Assembly (NCBI RefSeq): GCF_009914755.1
Contig: NC_060931.1
Source: the human T2T-CHM13v2.0 reference genome, Homo sapiens
Direction: 5' to 3' (one strand)
DNA length: 64,000 bases
The notes below the pieces were generated by a model that made no database searches, had not been told where the DNA came from, and was given only the letters and a program-made list of their open reading frames with translations. The translations under genes and the position numbers were made by a program. Shown here one piece after another: positions 1-14,297 of the stretch; within the stretch, counting starts at the first letter, position 1; every line of letters starts with the position of its first letter.

Positions 1-1294
1 TAGAGATCTCATTCTGTTGTTGGAGGAGAGATCATTCAGAATGAGCACAGAATTTTCTATTATTGCAAAAAGCAAAAAGTGTTTTTAAATATATCAAACC
101 TATTCCTGAATGGACAAAGAACCCCACTGAAGAAGGCTATCACTGGCCAATGGATAAAAATGTAAGCTTAAATAAGCTTGAATTCAAATGAAAATAATTT
201 GAATCTGTAAAAAGCCATGAGTTCAAAATATAATTTAAAGGAAAAGTTACAATAAAATTTGCAATGGTGTAGTTATGATGCCAAGAAAGGGTAACTTCGA
301 TAGTAGATATTTGCTTTTTATTTATTTTATCAACTATGTAGAATGTGTGTGTACAGGTATTCTATATATGCATATACATATATCCTTTTTCAGTGTTTAA
401 GATTGTTTCATGTATATATAGTTATTAATTATAAGCAAAATGAAAGCAAATACCTAAAAGAAAAAGAAAATATAAATATTTGAGCTCATATAAGCTCTGC
501 ATATGCAGATTGTGTGCATGTATATGTGTTTGTGCATCTTTGTGTAGCTAGTCTATGGGAAAGAGTAAAGAGGATTAAATTTGAGTGAGCCAAACATTCT
601 CTGTAAAGGTAAAAACAATTTATAAATGACAGGATGTTGTAGCAGATATTTTCTTACTAAACAATCCTGGTATATGATAACCACTTAGAAAGATACTGTA
701 TCAAAGGGACAGCCAAGGTATATACAAGGGATCAAGGTGATCCTTTGATCACCTCTGGCGGTCATACACATTAATTAGTTAACACCACGTTTTGAGATAA
801 TAGGTTAGCCAGGTTCCAAAAAGAAGAATTGTTGGGGCAGACTTGAACCTTCATTTTCTAGTAGATAAATTGCCTTGATTCTCATTCTGTTGAAGTTATA
901 GATAAATTCCACAGAAGTTTTGAATCACAATAAGTGACTAGGTAACAACACAAGAATAATGAGGTAGCATTGATCATTTCAAAAGTAGAGATCACATGTT
1001 TTCTGGAAAAGATGTGAAAGGCTTGGACTTAAAAGTCCCATGGGGCAGCAAATCAAATCACTCTGGACTACACAAAGAATCACTTGGTAGTCAAGCAAGA
1101 ACAACAATAACATTTACATTCAGATAGAGTTCTATTTTTAAATTAAGTAAAATTATTATCATTCTAGGAAGTTGCTAAACGAAGTATCTACTTCAAATAC
1201 TTACCCTTTAGAGGGCATAATACTAGAAATAATAAATTATAAATATATAAAAATGTATAAATGCACAAATGAGTAAATGAATGTTGATCAACAT

Positions 1295-1638
1295 TCTACT
1301 GAATACTTGAGGGTCTCTATGCAGATTTCCAGAGCATGCTATCTCTCTCTCTCTCTATGCAATTCGCTCTTTCCCAGTATTCTGTCCTGCAAACACTTGC
1401 CACCTGGATTCCAAGTCTCCTCACCTTTGGAAGTCCATCAGCCTTATTCAGAGGAGTGAACAGGGGGCCGATGTAGGAATCACTTCATTTATTTCCTGTC
1501 TGACAAGGAACTCTGTTCTTTGTTGGCTGATGTCCAGTGTTTTGAAAAACCTTGATTAATAGTTTTTGGTTTTTCTTTTGTTTGTTTCAGGGAGGGCAAA
1601 ACTATTTTCTGTTAGTTCTTCTTTGCCACAAGCCAGAA
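1295..1638 (-). mobile_element. Old L1M 5'-region fragment
   Basis: Resembles the antisense 5' region of old L1M families (gggtctctatgcagatttccagagc...ctgatgtccagtgttttgaaaa); boundaries approximate. Confidence 0.5.
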
Positions 1639-1689
1639 AGGACATATATGTTTACTATTATTGTAACAAAATAGGAAGTCCTCATAAAG

Positions 1690-2741
1690 TTTTTCTGCTG
1701 CATATCAAAATAAGATGGTTGCCCCCAAAAAAGCACTTGTCCAATTGATTGAGTTGAGAGCTAAACAATCCCCTTTCTTCATGGTACACAATATATTTTT
1801 TTTTGTAAAGAGTAACTGACAGACAAATTATGGTTATTCATGCTTGGCTATATGGCAAACATTTACTTTAAAATGAAAGAAGTGATCCTGTAACTTCAAG
1901 ACAAAATAAGTGATCAATATTTGTTGCCAGTGATAAAATTGAAGCTGTCAAATGAAATCGAAATTTTGGAAAACTTGTGTGACATCCACTGTGAGTTGAG
2001 AGCTTCCCAATACTTAGATTTTTCTGATAAGGATGTGGTGATATTAACAAATAAATTTTTTATTGTTTAATAAAACATGTTAGTATTGGAAGAACTGCAT
2101 AACTCAGTGAAATCATATTTTTCAGTGATCAATGGTAGAAAATTATGCAAATGTGAAAGACCATTTAAAGAGTGGAATATACAATTTAATATAACAGTAT
2201 AATGTAACAGGGCATAATAATATTTATTAAATGGATTTCAGATTGCACATTGTAATGAAGCTTTAATAAGTCACCAATTGTCAAGTTTTAGTGTAGTATC
2301 AAGGGAGAACGTTCACAGTTATCTGGAAATTATATTAAAATATTCCTCTTTTTCCAACTGCGTATCTATGTGAGACTGAATTTTCTTCAAGTACTTCAAA
2401 ATAACATATTGCAACAGATTGTACTCACAAGTATATATGAGAATTTAGCTGACTTTCGATGGCCATCTATTAAAGAGATGTGCAAAAATGTAAAATACCA
2501 CCACTAATCTCCCCAAGTTTTTTAAGAAAATATATTTACTTTCTACTAAAATGTGTTATTTATTTAAAAATATAATACATGTATTATTGTTTTAAATTAA
2601 ATTAATAAGTATTTTAATTTTTCAACTTTTTCTTTTATGAGAAATACTGATAAATATAACTGACTTAAAAAAATCTTTGGGATTTTCAATTAATTTCAGG
2701 GTATTAAGGGATTCACAGACAAAAACATTTTAAAATTGCTT
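1690..2741 (+). mobile_element. Charlie1-type hAT DNA transposon remnant (degenerate transposase 3' part and right end)
   Basis: Matches the recalled Charlie1 consensus (actgacagacaaattatggttattca; gagcttcccaatactta; gtgtagtatcaagggagaacgttcacagttatctgg); no intact ORF. Confidence 0.75.
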
Positions 2742-3274
2742 TTTTAATCACTGTAATATCATATACAGATAAAGCCAGTATTATTCAAGTATGTATCACA
2801 TGCCTGGTCCAATCAAAGCTCTGTTAAAATACGCTCAATTCTTTTGTTTGTAAGGAAAGTACAATAAGATAAATACTATTATAGCCTCCTTATAGATAAT
2901 GGAAAAATGAGACATAATTTTCCCAAATCATAAGCTAATGTGAAAAAAGTCAAAATTTAAACACAGGCAGACTGTCTCTCAAGTTTGTATTCTTAAACAC
3001 CATTTTATATTATTCTGCTAAGTGTTTTGTTACATGTTACAGTGGTTTCAATATTTTAGAGTAGAACACATGGGATATCCTTGTTGAAGTGTTTGGAAAA
3101 TTATTTGAAGTATTTATTTGGAAGGGGCTTGAAAGTATTTTTCTATAATTAAAAAGTGTTTGCTTATTTTTAAAGCTCAAAATAGATTTGTTACCTATAC
3201 TATTAAGTAGATTTTAACATACTAAATATCTTTTATTACACATTTTTTAGTTTCTCCTAATTTACAGAGTACAT

Positions 3275-3495
3275 TATAGTGGTAAGAGCAGGGGCTCAGA
3301 CTTTCTTGATTTGACATTTTAGGGCCATGGTCAAACCCTGTAAACTCTTTGTGCCTTTGTTTCTTAATCTTGAAAACTGAGAGAAATAGAATCTATCTTG
3401 TAAAGAACTTTTGTGAGTTCCTTGAACTAATAAATATAAAAGTCTCAGAAACCTGCCCTTAACATAGTAAGGCTTCCAATAAATACTAACTATAC
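3275..3495 (+). mobile_element. MIR SINE
   Basis: tagtggtaagagcaggggctc...ctctttgtgcctttgtttcttaatcttgaaaa...aacatagtaaggcttccaataaata, MIR core pattern. Confidence 0.55.
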
Positions 3496-4279
3496 TTGTT
3501 ATAATAACTAGATAGTATTAGGTGGTCACGAATGTAACCTCCATAAATAAAGTCTTTTAAGTAGAATGATAACTTGCACCCTTTGATGTATAATTTCAGT
3601 TACTAATACATGTAACCAGACCTCATACAATTACGGTTAACTGTATTTTCCATCTTCAATGCCTGATAACTACATAGTTGGCGTAATCACAACTCTCAAT
3701 TTGTTAGCTTTATAAAAATAGTTGAGCCAAAATGTTAACGTATGCTTAGCTTATCCTCACTCCTTTTCCAGTAGGATTGAGGCCAGTTTATTTTTACCTG
3801 CTATTTAGAGTTATAGAAAAACCTGGGTTCCTAGCATCTTATCTCTGATCAATTCTTGTGATGGAGTCCCTTACATTTGGCACCTTGAGAAGCTGCTAAG
3901 TTGTCCACATCTTAATATTAGGTACCAGGCTAAGTGCTTTATATACCTTTTTATATTTAGTCAGATAGCAAACCCATAAATTCGTTATGTTATCTGACTA
4001 AATATAACCTACCTTAGGTATAACATAAGGTATACCTCCTAGTTTCCTTAGGAGGAATACTGCTGTCCAGAAAGTAGAGTAATATGCTCAATGTTGCACA
4101 GCTATTAGGTGGCAAATCTGAGATTTAAGGCCAGGCGAATCATCTCATCCTTTGAAAGCTAACTACTTTGACTTTCTTAGCTTCAAGAAATTGAAATAAT
4201 TAGATTGAAATTGAAATAATTAGATCCATCTATAAGCTTATTTGCAATATTAGATCCTGTGATTCTGCAACAGTTGAGA

Positions 4280-4530
4280 CAGGAGTATGGAGAATAACAC
4301 AGTCTTTGGAATCATATAAAGTGAAGATTGAATCCTTAACCAGCCATGTTAGCAGTTTAACCGAGAGCAGGTTCTTCACCGAGAGCAGGTTCTTCAACTC
4401 TTGTGCACATCATTTCTTCATCTAAAAACAAAAATAGGCATAATAATTTATACCTCACAGGATAGTCAGGAGGACTAAATCAAATAATCTATACATAGCA
4501 CGTGGCATATAATAAGCATTCAACATATAA
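4280..4530 (+). mobile_element. MIR SINE with an internal 18-bp tandem duplication (ccgagagcaggttcttca x2)
   Basis: gtctttggaatcat...tttcttcatctaaaaa...tatacctcacaggatagtc...gcacgtggcatataataagcattcaa. Confidence 0.6.
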
Positions 4531-5729
4531 TATCTCACCTCCTATTAACTGGGACTATTTTTAGTTTGGCTCCTTGGGTGCTAGCCCTTTTCCATTAGAA
4601 GAGAGTTTGCAAAGAAGCTGTTCTCCAGGTTTCTGAAAGCTCTGGTTCTTGTGTTAGCCCCTTCATGGAAGATGTCAAAGAATTTTAGATAATACTATAG
4701 AAAAGTACAATACAAATTGATATCCATTGAGAAGGCACATTTTAGGAGAAAAATGTTCCCACTGACCAGAACAAAGTTCTGGCACAGAGGCAGAGTTCTG
4801 CAGCCTTCCACAGACACAGGCATGTTTCTTTGTCCCTGTCCATGGCAAAGCTATGCTCTGACCTCATCATCCTTCAATCAGTTGTTCATCTAAAGCATTT
4901 CCTTTCTAATGATCATCATCATGAAGGTAATTTGCTTGATTGGCAGCTTATTATTTCCTATTACCGGGTCCTCTGCTAATGAGTATTTCCCATCTGGATA
5001 AATATGTTTTAAATGGAACTTCTTTTGGAAGAGTAACAATATCTAGCCTTGTTTATGCAACAATTGTCTGTAAAATAAGAATGCCATGAATTTTATTTAC
5101 TTCAGAATAGCAATAGATAATATTAAAAGTATTATTTTGAGTAATCTCCTTAAAATTGGGGATATTAGTAGTTGTGTTGAAACCTGTCAAACTCAGTAAA
5201 CAAGATTCTCAAAATACTTAACTCAACTTCATTTGTAGGACATTAACCATTAAACCATTTTCTATCAGATTAACTTTTCCGGGATAGTTTTGAACTGAGA
5301 TGAGATTGAATTGAATACATTAACTAATAAGCACTAGATTGGACATACAGAAAACCAATAATTAGTATTGTAGTATTTGTGTTTTGGGAGGTAGGATAAA
5401 GTGTTATGAGGTGTGATGAACAAGCTTTCTTAATGAGTGAGAAAACAGCTCAAAGTACACATTGATCTATAAACAAAATTGACTGACTATAAAATAAAAT
5501 GACTTGAGATTATAATGCTTTCATAAGTCCCAAATTTGGAAGGGTTATACATCCAAATACTTAAAATATACTCATTGACTGCTAGGGAATATAATATTTA
5601 ATAGCAGATTATTATACTGTCCTAGTTAAAATAATCACATGGGTAAAACTAGAGATATTCTATTACACTCAACTCTTATCTATCTTCTTTAACTTCACAC
5701 TTAGATAGGAAATGATTGTTAACATTCCT

Positions 5730-6400
5730 TGTATAGCACATAATTTGGCCTGTCCAAAGAAAGATATGGCCTTTGCCCTAGGCTTTTGGGAGGTTATTTA
5801 CATCACACATAATAGGAATGTCATTGTTTAGGATGAATTTGGATCTGGATTTACACTGGATCTTAGGGTGATGCCAGCCACACCCCATAGTCTTAGAGTG
5901 GGAGCTATTCATGCCAGAAAGACCAACAATGTGACTTAGGGTGAGGACTTTTGGTCACATTGTATCAGTTGGTCTGGAGACTGAGTCCAAACAATGGGCA
6001 ATCAATCTATTAAGTAAGCCCACATAATAAAGCCACAATAAAAACTATGGACATAGAAACTTGGGTGAGCTTTCTTAGTGGTAATCTGTGCATATTGTTA
6101 CTCATCAATGCTGGGAAGGTAATATGTCTTGACTCCACTGGGAGAAGACAATGGAAATTTTTATTTGGAACCTTCCTAGACTCTTTGTAGCTCTTCCTTT
6201 GGCTGATTTCAGTTTGTGTCCTTTCTCCGTAATAAACAGTAACCATAAGTACAAAAGCTTTCAGAGAGTTGTGTAAATCCTTCTAGAAAATTATTCAACC
6301 TGAGGGTGATTTGGGGACCCCTCCCTCCTGAGCTTTTGGTTGGTGTCAGAAGTAAGGACAGTTGAGGGCTGTGCTCTCAAACCTCACAGTTTGGTTAACT
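5730..6400 (+). mobile_element. MER21-like solo LTR
   Basis: Begins with TGT; ggcctttgccctaggcttttgggagg, ctggagactgagtccaa, aataaaaactatggac, ttgggtgagctttc and ctttcagagagttgtgtaaatccttctagaaaattattcaacctgaggg are typical of MER21. Confidence 0.7.
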
Positions 6401-8084
6401 CCAGGGATTCATAATAAACATTATAAGCGTCACTAAAACCTGTATTGACTTCTGAATTTTCTCAGCCTAAATTATATTCAGTAGAATTTTGCTGTTATTT
6501 TGGACATACTGTATTTCTCAGAAAGAGGTAATCAAACACTCGTGTAATACAGAATTTATCAGTTGCCTACTAGGCATGTCTAGCTAACATGTAAGATTAT
6601 TTTATTAGTCCAGATATTTCACTGATTGAGATATGTCATAATCTCAGCTATGCTCTGCTTTCTGATTGGACTAAACAATATATACTTTTTCATTAAATGA
6701 TTCAATACAAATATTTAAGTAAAATATTCATATTCTGGTCTAAATCCATCTCAGTTTTTATATGGGGCAAATCAAATAAAAGTTTGTATTTTTTTCTGTC
6801 TGATTTTCCCTAAGGTTGTCTTAATGACCTGTGAATAGCAAGACTAATTATTTTGTTATGTCCTCATCAATTGTACAAATAAATTGAACCAGCCAAATAA
6901 GCTGGTTCCATTTGATTAGCTCCCACTCACTCTGCTTCAGCCATTGTCATTTGTTGGGAAGTGAGATTACAGAAACCAGCTCTCCCATGAAGTGGAACAC
7001 TGCCAACTCTGTTGGGAGAACATAAATCATATCACAGTTATATCTCAAATCCATTATTAATAAAACTTTGCACTGTGGGCTTCAGCCTGCAGCAGACATT
7101 TATGAACAGGTCAGAAAATGAAGAGTGTAAATGGAAACACTGTGCCTTTAATTACAGCTGCACAAATGGCAGCACTAGAGCTACAGAATTGTTAAAAATC
7201 AGTTAAGGAAGGTTGCCACCTGATCTGCCTGCACATAATCTGTTTAATTAGGTAGTGTGTTTCTGAAATCAAATGTTTCTGGAAACTAAGACTTTTCAAC
7301 AGCATGCAATTTTCCTTAGAAGAAATAGTTCAGATATTTACTGGGCTCTGCTGCTTCAAACGAACTAAGAATTTAAGAAATAATTGCACTCCTTTGCACA
7401 AATGGTATAACCTGACCCAAGCTTGTTAAAGAAACTCACCTGGTACCCTCTTAAAATGTAATATAACTTTTTTAAGATTCATTCTCAAATCATTTGGGCA
7501 TTTTATAATTTTTATTTTAGTTGTTCACTAATAGAAATAATATTCATGATTCTGCAATACAGAAAATACATCTCTAATTGAAATATGTTCATAATAATTT
7601 CTATAATCCTTAAATTATAGGAAAAAAATTAGAATTTATTTTCTGCTTTTTAATAAATAATTTGACACATGCAATGAAGTTTGCTGTGATTCTTCAGTAG
7701 AAGGACTGTTAGAAACAAAAGCTGAGGAATGCTTTGTAGTAGAAAGTATCTTTTGGAAAATACTCTAGTAAGGGAACATTTGAAATTGTATTATTGGTGT
7801 TTGTGGTACCCCTATTTACAACAGTTCCATCATTCACTCAGTTATTGTTGAATTCTAGCACTATTTACTTATTAGCTCATTTATTCCTCATGTAATTATG
7901 AGGAATTTATTAATATTCTCATTTTATACATGAAGAAATTGAAACTCAAATGATTGTGGTAACTTAAGTAAGTAGATCTATGGGCATCAAAATAAAACAT
8001 TCATTAATTTCCTGAGAATTTTTTTTATGATGTCACTATAAATAATTCTTAAAGAGTAGAATAAATAATTAAATTAATAACAAA

Positions 8085-8427
<343 letters not shown>

Positions 8428-9883
8428 TTACTTCTAAATCACAATGGCAATTGTAATATTTTAAGCTAATTTAAAAACATTTTATGCAAAAAGATCCCTA
8501 TTGATGCCGTTCATCGATCTAGAAAAAAATAAACTCTTTTAACAATACCTGGTAAACTTCTAATTGTTTATAAAGATTAAAAAATTGTTTATAAAGATTA
8601 AAAAATCTTGTTTTTTAATATGAAAATGTTAAAACACATGGAAAACATATAGATCCTAACATGACTCCCATAAACCCATTATGTAGAGTTAACAAATGTT
8701 AATATTTTGCAAATTTGTTTCTATAACCTTTTTGCTAAATTATTTTAACATAAATTACAGATATGATACCTCAAACTTAAATACTTTTTATCAACTTAAC
8801 ATTTCTCCCATTATAATGCCAAAGAGTATCATTACTATACCCAAAAATGTTAACTAAATTTCCTTAATATTGTCTAATATCTTTTGCATTTTTCAGTTTC
8901 ACTAATTAACCATGAATGTCTTTTAAAGTTAATTTGTTTAAACCAAGATCCAATTAATGAGGCATTATTTTTAGTTGGTATGTTTCTCTGGTCTCTTTAG
9001 CTTCTGCATCACCCCCAACCTTCTTTTTTGTGACATTGACTAGTTGAAGAGAAAGTTCCACCTATTTGTCTAATTCCTTCTTTGGCCTCATAGTATCATC
9101 CAATCTGTTTCTCTACTCCCTGTATTATTGATAAACAAGAAGTTAGATTTAGCAGCTTGGTTAAATTCATATTATAGTATTTTGGAAATGATTCTTCATA
9201 AGTGATTCTGTAAACCTACTGCATTTCATCTGATGGATACAATGTCCAATTGTCCCATTATTACTTTTACTAAGAGTGATCTGGGAATTCAGGTGGCTGC
9301 AGCATGATTCCTTCATGGTAGATTTGTGGTTTTCCCTTCCCCGTCTGAATCTTGCTGTGAAAAATGCAATTGGAGGCTGTATATTTTTAATTTTCTGTTT
9401 CATGCCAATCTCTGTAATACCAGTACCATATTCTTATATTTCCCCTGGTTTAACACATAATTTTGAGATTTATAATAGGATATATGGGGAGTTAAATAAT
9501 CCTTAATTGTTGCAGACCATTTTGTCTCTTGAATAAACATCTTTAAAATGTGAAACTGCTCTTAATATTTGTGGATCTGCGAGCTGGAAGTTCTCTCATT
9601 AAAGCAAAACCATCATAGAAATCCTTTTCTGTAGGTTTATTTTTAAAAGAACTTAGTTTCCTCCTTCTTTCCAATCCCATGAAGATCAGGATTTGCTTCT
9701 GGAAAACTTACAAAGGGAGACATTGATGCTTTAATAAGGCAAGGGGTGGTTCAATGGAAAAGCATGTAGCAATAGCTCTTGCCTTAGCCAGATCAGTTCT
9801 GTTTTAATCTATTACGTGTTGAACTTCTGATTCTGTGTAACATTTGGTTTAAAAGGTAGAAAGGTATAAACAGAATAATAAAA

Positions 9884-9950
9884 GCACACACATATGCGCA
9901 TGTGTGCGCACGCGCGCGCGCACGCGCGCGCACACACACACACACACACA
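9884..9950. repeat. Compound (CA)/(CG) alternating purine-pyrimidine microsatellite
   Basis: gcacacacatatgcgcatgtgtgcgcacgcgcgcgcgcacgcgcgcgcacacaca... Confidence 0.95.
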
Positions 9951-11340
9951 ATAACAACACACAGTATACAAAATATGCCACCTCTTGTCCACCTGGATCT
10001 TAGTACATGGTGTAGGAGCCTGAGAATCACCTAGATGGCATTGCCACTGGAGAAGAATCTGGAAATCCTGACCCTAGCTCCTCTTCAGATGAGGGACAAT
10101 GGGTAACCATGTATGCTTTGCTAGTGTAACCCACAGGCATGGTGCATAAAATGTTTCTGTTATTTTTCAAATGGAACTGGCTATTTCAAGCTGCTGACTT
10201 TTGCTCAGGGTTTTTTTTTTTCTCTTGCTACTGTTCTTCCTTGTTTTTCTGCCAAGAAAAATTTTCTTTTTTCTTTATGAGACAGGATCTCACTTCCTTT
10301 GAGAAAATCTTAATTATCCTTCAAAAGCAGAATACAAGTCACCTCATCTCTAAAATCTTCCCTGAGCCTCTCTTCTGTCTTATCACAAGAACTTTCCAGT
10401 TTGCAACTGATTGCTGGTATAATTGTTTTCCTCCCTAAAGTGAGAGGCCCTCAAAGTTGGGTGGCATGTCCTTTTCATCCCTGTTAGTCAGTTCTTAGGT
10501 TATAATAAGCAATAAATATTTGTTTAATGGATAAAAAATATTGTAAGCCTTCTGTAAAACTGGAAAAGAGGAAAAAAAGGAAAGAAAAGGGGAGAAAGAG
10601 AGAAATCATCAACATAGAAGTCTGAGATCTTATTTAAATCTCTGACTTTGGAATATCACCAGCTTTCAGTGCAGAAAGGCACTGGTGGTCAAAGATATGC
10701 TGACACTGGCAGAACATTTTGCATTAAGTTGAAAATTTAATTTATTTACTTATGACATTAACTTAATAATGCCATAACTCTTGATGTCCAATAAATCTGT
10801 TATTGTTTTAAATTTTCCAATAAGCATTATTTGCAATATGATTTACTGGAGCACAGTCGAATACATTTTGCATCTGTAAAACCACCCGCAGAGTCACTGG
10901 TAGGTACTAGATATGCTTATTGAACTGAGTAGAAAAAAACTATGTGCCAAAAAAGAATATTCATGAAAAAACAATTCCAGTGAGAAACCAGATAATCTGT
11001 AGCTTTCTGGAAGTTTATAGAGCCACTACAAAAAGGAGGAATGAAAAGTGGGGGATAAGAAACACCTCAGGACAAATGTTATATGTTATCTCCTCAGTGC
11101 CACCAGGGATGTGCTAGTCAGAGTGTGTAAGTAGACATTTATCCACACATCGACTTTAGACGCCTCAAGGCCTGGCACAGTCAGATATGACCTGGAGAAA
11201 AATAACCTGGGATTGGAGCTCAACTGCTCACACACAATGCTTATTTCCTAAGGCCCAGGAAGGAACAGGAAGAATGGAGGCCCATTTCCTTTTTGGTATA
11301 ACATTCTTTTCAGAGGGAAGATGAAAAACAAAAAAAGGGT

Positions 11341-11586
11341 ATATGTCTATATGTGAGACTACCATATATATGTGTGTATATATATGTCTATATGTGAGAC
11401 TATCATATATATGTATATATGTGTGTATATATGTCTACATGTGAGACTACCATATGTGTGTATATATATGTTGTTGTATATGTATATATTAGTGTATATA
11501 TACACATAAATATACACATATTTTATATGTAATTATATACACATACATATATATAAATGTGTATACACACACACACACACACACAC
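11341..11586. repeat. TA/TG-rich minisatellite (3 copies of atatgtctayatgtgagactaycata) followed by (CA)n
   Basis: Directly visible. Confidence 0.9.
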
Positions 11587-12639
11587 TAACAATTACTTAA
11601 GGATATACAGTAATTATTGTTCCAGAAACTAAGAAGAAAATAGAAAATGGCAGCAAAGAAATGGAAAACAATCCTTTGATTTTTGGCAAACTATTTTTAA
11701 TTTGACATGGTATCTGGAATACTTGAAGATACTCTCAGTGTAAATTAGTTTATTAAATTTAGCAGAATTGACTATCTTTTAGAAAATATAAGAAAAATAT
11801 TAATATATATCAATGAAGTGAAAAAGCAAAGCACAGAAAACTCTTTAGCAAAATTCTCTTCACTCTGATAGTATTCAGTCTCATTCTGTGAGCATAACAT
11901 TTTTCTCAACTATGTTAATATTCCATCAAAAAAAATTTGTTCAAGAAAAACTGGGTTTCCAATGACTTGTTAAGAAATCAAAATATTTCTTCCTTGAATA
12001 AGAGGATCCGTTTTTTAAAAAATATATTTAGCTTTAGGAGCTTAATTTGTAAACCATTTCTTTAGCTACTAATTTTTAAGCTTAATTTTAAAACTGAATT
12101 ATTAAAATATAAAATAAAAGGAAATTTTTAATAAACTTGGAATAATGTCTACACAGGTTTGATCAGGAGAATCAGTGGAATAGATAATATTAAATATTTT
12201 CTTCAATTAAAGTTATCTAAATGTGGGGGTACAGGGATGGTTGGGGCTCATATTATCTTCACAATGTTTGCATTCCATGAGGTGAGATGGATTTTAATAA
12301 AATAAATTATGATAAAGTGTGATGAGTGCAGCAGTGGGGAAATATGCAAAATCTAAATGCACTTAGCATGGAGAAGAGAAAAAGAAATTCTAAGGACCTG
12401 GCTATGCTTCCTTAAGTAGTGACACCTAAACTATTGCAGTTGTTCTTGTTGTGGTTGTTTTTCAGTAGTTGCTTTGGTTCTTAGTTGGTTTGTTTTCTAA
12501 TATGGATACAAGTTCTTTAAGCTTTCATATATAGGAATAATATAAAAGGGAGGAGGAACCATGTTGAAAAACCATGATTCACAGACATGAATCAGCATAT
12601 AGCATTTGGGGAATTATTACTAATTTGGTATGGCTAGAG

Positions 12640-12861
12640 CAATGGTTTCCAATCAGAAGTGATTTTGCCCCCACAGGGAAATTTGGCAATGGCTGGAAAC
12701 ATTTTTGGCTTTCACAAAGGGAGTGGGGAACAGTACTACAGCATCCAATAGGGAGAGAACAGGGATGCTGCTATAACATCCTACGGTACAAACAGGACAT
12801 CCTCCACAGCAAATAATTACCTAGGCCAAAATGTCAATAACATCAAGGTTGAGAAATGCTG
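12640..12861 (+). mobile_element. MER20 (hAT-Charlie non-autonomous DNA transposon), full length
   Basis: gattttgcccccacagggaaatttggcaatggctggaaacatttttgg...aaaatgtcaataacatcaaggttgagaaatgctg; 8-bp TSD ggctagag (12632-12639) / ggttagag (12862-12869). Confidence 0.9.
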
Positions 12862-13429
12862 GGTTAGAGCATGAAAGCTTAGGTGATAAAAAGAGATGAA
12901 GCTCAACAGGCAGAGTGTCCACATTATGGGGGCAGAAGGAGGAGCTGGGATGGCTTTGAATACCTGCTTCAGGAACAAATGAGTAGCATGAGTATTATCA
13001 GTGATGAAGAAATTAAAGGAAAGATGCAGGCCCAAACACAACTGCATAGGTGTGAATGGCACAGCTAAGGAGTGCATTCACAGAGGTTACAGTGCACTTA
13101 GTTTTTCCTGGAGTTGTGCAGTGAGCAAACTGCACCATCAGTCTCAGGGAAGAAACCTTTTTGCAGATGTAAAACCTGAAGAAACTGTGAAATCTGAAAT
13201 GATTGTAAAGTATATTTAGATTGAGATGTTTCATATGAAAATGCATTTTCTTTTTTTTTTTTTTTTTTAAAAAACGTGTCTAGTTTTAGAAATTACGGAC
13301 TTGATTAGGAGAAAGGATTAAGAAGGGCATATAGATTGGTAAAAAAATGGGAAAAAGTTTCGGGGACAAGAAAGATCAAGAATTATGTCATAAAAATGGT
13401 GACACAAATAGAGGAACTAGTATGGGAGG

Positions 13430-13670
13430 TGCTGAGCCATGAGGCAGGAAAGTTTAACATTGCTTGACAAAGAGATTTGGATACTAGTTGTTGGAAGTTT
13501 AGATTTCATGCAGTAGGTTAGAAAAAGTCCTTGTAAGTTCCTGAACAGGAGAGAGATGGATGAAAATGGCCTTTGAGTAATATTGTTTTTCCAGCCGTGT
13601 GTTAGATAGATCATAGCATGAAGAAAATGAGGCATGACAGGGTGATCAGCTAGGAGACTAGTGAAGTTCT
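13430..13670 (-). mobile_element. L2 LINE fragment
   Basis: gttggaagtttagatttcatgcagtagg...ctgaacaggagagagatggatgaaaatgg...gctaggagactagtg, L2-like. Confidence 0.45.
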
Positions 13671-14125
13671 GCCCTCAATTTACAAACAAAATAGCTGCTC
13701 ACTGCTCCCCATAAAATATTCCTTTATATACATGAAACGTGCTATTACGTTTCCTTTCAATTTTCTTGGGTATGTACACTTAGTCCTTTAGCCTTTTCTC
13801 ATCAGGCACATTTCCCAACACTGCAGTGATTTATTTTGCTCTTGCCTTTGTACTCTCCAATTTTATTTTTCCATATCTCACTTCATTTACCATGATTCAA
13901 ATTGAACAGAGTATTCTAATAAAGTTCAGATCAAAACTGAGTAGAAGGAAAGGGTCTTATCTATTTAAAATAAAATATTTATTTTTTATTTTTTAAGGAA
14001 TTGAAGATTAAGAAAAATGAAAAGAGTGGGCTTAATCCAACATTTTATATTTTTAATTATAAATATTGAGTAACAAGATATGAATAACTGATTAGTAAAT
14101 GTATAAGCTACTGTATTAAAAGGTA

Positions 14126-14297
14126 TTTTTTTATTTTTATTTTTTTGAGACAGAGTCTCACTCTGTTGCCTAGACTGGAGTGCAGTGGCATGATTTTGGC
14201 TCACTGCAACCTCCACCTCCTCAGTTCAAGTAATTCTTCTGCCTCAGACTCCCAAGTAACTGAGATCACAGGTGCCCGCCACCACACCTAGCTAATT
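14126..14297 (-). mobile_element. 5'-truncated Alu (right arm only)
   Basis: T tail, then gagacagagtctcactctg...cacctagctaatt; imperfect TSD attaaaaggta / attaaaagtta. Confidence 0.9.

Noticed and set aside
11341-11470. CRISPR-like repeat-spacer pattern
   Set aside because: Eukaryotic context, low-complexity spacers and no cas genes
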